A DNA stretch of 25,346 bases from an uncultured Halobacteriales archaeon (GTDB lineage Archaea > Halobacteriota > Halobacteria > Halobacteriales > Halorutilaceae). Location: contig CAZXNG010000002.1 in assembly GCA_964642065.1 (NCBI GenBank), positions 1-25,346 of the forward strand, given 5' to 3'. This document shows positions 23,472 to 25,346 of the stretch, piece by piece (the first letter of the stretch is position 1; each line of letters starts with the position of its first letter). The position numbers were made by a program, and so were the translations under genes. The notes beneath the pieces are model-generated. The model saw only the letters and a program-made list of their open reading frames with translations. It was not told the DNA's origin and ran no database searches.

Positions 23472-23866
23472 GCTATCATCTTGGCTGTTCCGGCTACGGC
23501 GCCGAACCTGTCTGCCGCTTCGCGGGCGATGGGGCCGCGTATCTCGGTGCCCCGCGCCTCGCGGTTGTCGTCGACGATGACGGCTGCGTTGTCCTCGAAC
23601 GCGACTCGGGTGCCGTCCGGCCGTTTGAACGGCTTCTTCTGCCGGACGACGACGGCTTCGAGAACCTGGCGTCGCATGTCGGGGTCGCCTTTCTTCACGC
23701 TGACCACTACGACGTCGCCGACTCCGGCCTTCGGCTGCCGGTTCCGGACGCCGCGGTAGTTCTTCACGCTGATGAGACCTAGCTCGCGGGCGCCGGTGTT
23801 GTCGGCGCATACGAGCTTCGCGCCCTTCGGGATGGAGCGCGGGACGTCGGCCTTCATGCCCTTCAT
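23468..23866 (-). CDS. rpl14: 50S ribosomal protein uL14
   Basis: [35 protein letters not shown] and [10 protein letters not shown]. Confidence 0.98.
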   Translation of the reverse strand: MKGMKADVPRSIPKGAKLVCADNTGARELGLISVKNYRGVRNRQPKAGVGDVVVVSVKKGDPDMRRQVLEAVVVRQKKPFKRPDGTRVAFEDNAAVIVDDNREARGTEIRGPIAREAADRFGAVAGTAKMIA

Positions 23867-24204
23867 GCCGCGTCACCTCCTTCCTCGTCGACGACCTCGA
23901 TGACGACGAAGTTCTTCGTCTTGCTCAGCGGCCTGCACTCCGCTATCCTGACTCGGTCTCCTTCCTCGACGCCGAGGCACTCGGGGGAGTGCGCCGGCGT
24001 CCTGCTGCGTCGTCTCATGTACCTGTCGTACTTCGGTGCCTTGACCTCGTACTCGCGCTCAACGACCACGGTCTTCTCCATGTCGGTGCTCGCCACCTCT
24101 CCCTCGAGGACGCTTCCCCGGGGGGACAGCGAGCCGTGGAACGGACAGTTGTCGTCGTCGCAGGCGGTCTCCGGCACCGGTACGTCGTATCCTATGCTGG
24201 ACAT
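23863..24204 (-). CDS. rps17: 30S ribosomal protein uS17
   Basis: [30 protein letters not shown] and [13 protein letters not shown]. Confidence 0.98.
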   Translation of the reverse strand: MSSIGYDVPVPETACDDDNCPFHGSLSPRGSVLEGEVASTDMEKTVVVEREYEVKAPKYDRYMRRRSRTPAHSPECLGVEEGDRVRIAECRPLSKTKNFVVIEVVDEEGGDAA

Positions 24205-24476
24205 CTTGTCACCTCTGGCTGTATCCTGGTTCTGTCTGCCGGCTCTCGGTCGAGCACGTCGCCGTCGACCTTCACGCGGCGGCCGTCGACGGTGAACTCG
24301 AACGTGGTGCCCTGCTTGGGCACCCCTACCTCGTGGTCTCCGGCGTCGACCACCAGGGTGTGCTTCGTCTCCCAGACCACGCGGCCGGAGACGCCCTCGA
24401 AGCCGCGGTCGCGGGCCTCGTCGGCCTCGACGTCGAGGCCGACGAGCTCGCGTCGCGGCAGCTCCTTGGGGTTCAT
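24192..24476 (-). CDS. rnp1: Ribonuclease P protein component 1 (Rpp29/Pop4)
   Basis: ATG 24476 gives MNPKELPRRELVGLDVE...GVSGRVVWETKHTL...VPKQGTTFEF...VDG..L...PADR. Canonical position between L29 and S17. Confidence 0.93.
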   Translation of the reverse strand: MNPKELPRRELVGLDVEADEARDRGFEGVSGRVVWETKHTLVVDAGDHEVGVPKQGTTFEFTVDGRRVKVDGDVLDREPADRTRIQPEVTRCPA

Positions 24477-24691
24477 GCTCCCTCCTCCTTCTCCATCTCG
24501 CGCTCGGTCTGGATGGTCTTGATGCGCGCGATGGTGCGCTTCAGCTCCTTCAGCCGGCCGGGGTTGTCGGGCGCACCACCCGCCGCCTGCACCGAGGTCT
24601 CGGCGAGCAGCTCCTGCTCGAGGTCCTCGAGCTCCTGCTCTATCTCGGCGTCGCTGAGCTCGCGTATCTCGTCGGCGCGGAGTATCGCCAT
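24473..24691 (-). CDS. rpl29: 50S ribosomal protein uL29
   Basis: MAILRADEIRELS, GGAPDNPGRLKELKRTIARIKTI. Confidence 0.97.
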   Translation of the reverse strand: MAILRADEIRELSDAEIEQELEDLEQELLAETSVQAAGGAPDNPGRLKELKRTIARIKTIQTEREMEKEEGA

Positions 24692-25346
24692 CAGCTACCA
24701 CCTCCGAAGCCGAGCTCCTCGGCGATGCGCTCCACCATCTCCTCGGTCTTGAGGTTGGCTTTCACGCCGGCCTCCTTCGCGAGGCTCTGGAGGTCGCGGT
24801 ACGACAGCTCCTCCAGCTCCTCCACCGAGGTAGGGGCGTCGTCGAGGGCGTCGGCCTCCTCCTCGGCCTCTTCTTCTGCCTCCGGTTCGGCTTCCTCCTC
24901 TGCTTCTTCCGCTGCTTCGGCCTCCGGCTCCTCGGCGGCCTCTTCCTCGTCCTCCACGGCTTCGGGTTCGGCCTCCTCTTCGGCCTCGTCCGTCTCCTCG
25001 TCTTCCTCGGCCCCGGGTTCCGGCTCGGGCTCCTCCTCGTCCTCTCCCGGGAGCTCGTCGAGGGGGCTGCCCTCCGGCGTCTCGTCGGGTGCGCCCTCGA
25101 CGGCGTCGGGCTCCTCGACTATCTCCTCGATGTCGCCGGCGCCCGCGGCCTCGACCTGTACGTCGGTCTGGGCGGCGTCGGGCACCATGTCCTCGGTGTC
25201 GGCGTCTACTGCGACATCGAACTTGTCGGGGAGCTCGGCGTCCGGCGGGATGATCCTCACCTGGACGCCGATGGTTCCGAGCTTCATGACGGCGGTGCCG
25301 TAGCCCTTCTGGACTATGCTCTCGGCGGGTTCGCCGCAGTGCTTGA
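24691..25346 (-). CDS. rps3: 30S ribosomal protein uS3, 3' part (starts outside the window) with acidic tail and a terminal SAP/HeH-like domain
   Basis: The frame is open to the window edge: KHCGEPAESIVQKGYGTAVMKLGTIGVQVRIIPP, the archaeal S3 C-terminal motif. An E/A/P-rich tail and ELSYRDLQSLAKEAGVKANLKTEEMVERI follow. Confidence 0.96.
   Translation of the reverse strand, partial: KHCGEPAESIVQKGYGTAVMKLGTIGVQVRIIPPDAELPDKFDVAVDADTEDMVPDAAQTDVQVEAAGAGDIEEIVEEPDAVEGAPDETPEGSPLDELPGEDEEEPEPEPGAEEDEETDEAEEEAEPEAVEDEEEAAEEPEAEAAEEAEEEAEPEAEEEAEEEADALDDAPTSVEELEELSYRDLQSLAKEAGVKANLKTEEMVERIAEELGFGGGS

Noticed and set aside
24473-24476. No SUI1 gene between L29 and Rpp29, and no adk directly after secY
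   Set aside because: As I recall, this matches the usual Halobacteria arrangement, so it is not an anomaly.
24826-25200. Extremely acidic E/A/P-rich S3 tail with EAEEEAE-type micro-repeats
   Set aside because: Acidic S3 tails are typical of haloarchaea. Only the terminal folded-looking domain is reported.
96-25303. Many long overlapping ORFs in the track, e.g. 10926-13073 (+, 715 aa), 20097-21647 (+), 18447-19541 (+), 15904-17145 (+), 15887-17335 (-), 6624-7553 (+), 3839-4837 (+), 3567-4400 (-)
   Set aside because: These are Arg/Pro/Ser-rich or antisense shadow frames of well-supported genes. Stop codons are scarce at this GC content, and the products lack the acidic halophile composition and any motif.
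1-25346. CRISPR array or other non-coding repeat array
   Set aside because: No regularly spaced non-coding repeats. The GACGAC/GTCGTC/GAGGAG runs are codon effects of Asp/Val/Glu-rich proteins.

Overview
GC-rich DNA encoding strongly acidic proteins, from a halophilic archaeon (class Halobacteria). Frequent ATA codons suggest a lineage distinct from the model haloarchaea; this is an inference. The right 9.4 kb (15928-25346, minus strand) is the distal part of the archaeal S10/spc ribosomal protein operon, from S3 (partial) through L29, Rpp29, S17, L14, L24, S4e, L5, S14, S8, L6, L32e, L19e, L18, S5, L30 and L15 to secY. The left end holds the 5' part of acs, a DUF2203 protein, an alkaline-phosphatase-superfamily enzyme, two small conserved haloarchaeal genes, two paralogous Tat lipoproteins and an M29 aminopeptidase. 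Between two convergent tRNA genes, tRNA-Thr(CGT) and tRNA-Ile2(CAT), lies a 9.35 kb mixed region. It contains a 447-aa protein built as 9 x 21-aa repeats, a basic hinge and 9 more repeats; a metallophosphoesterase; a tail-anchored PLD-type putative nuclease; a second tail-anchored protein; a PGF-CTERM-like subtilase; SpoIIM-like, DUF5789-like and TRAM proteins; an intact but apparently catalytically degenerate tyrosine recombinase; and a bacterial-type 4-TM protein. The best leads are the repeat protein/phosphoesterase/PLD cluster, the degenerate recombinase, and a SAP/HeH-like domain fused to the C-terminus of ribosomal protein S3. I saw no CRISPR array or att duplication. Family assignments come from motif recognition and recall, not from database searches.
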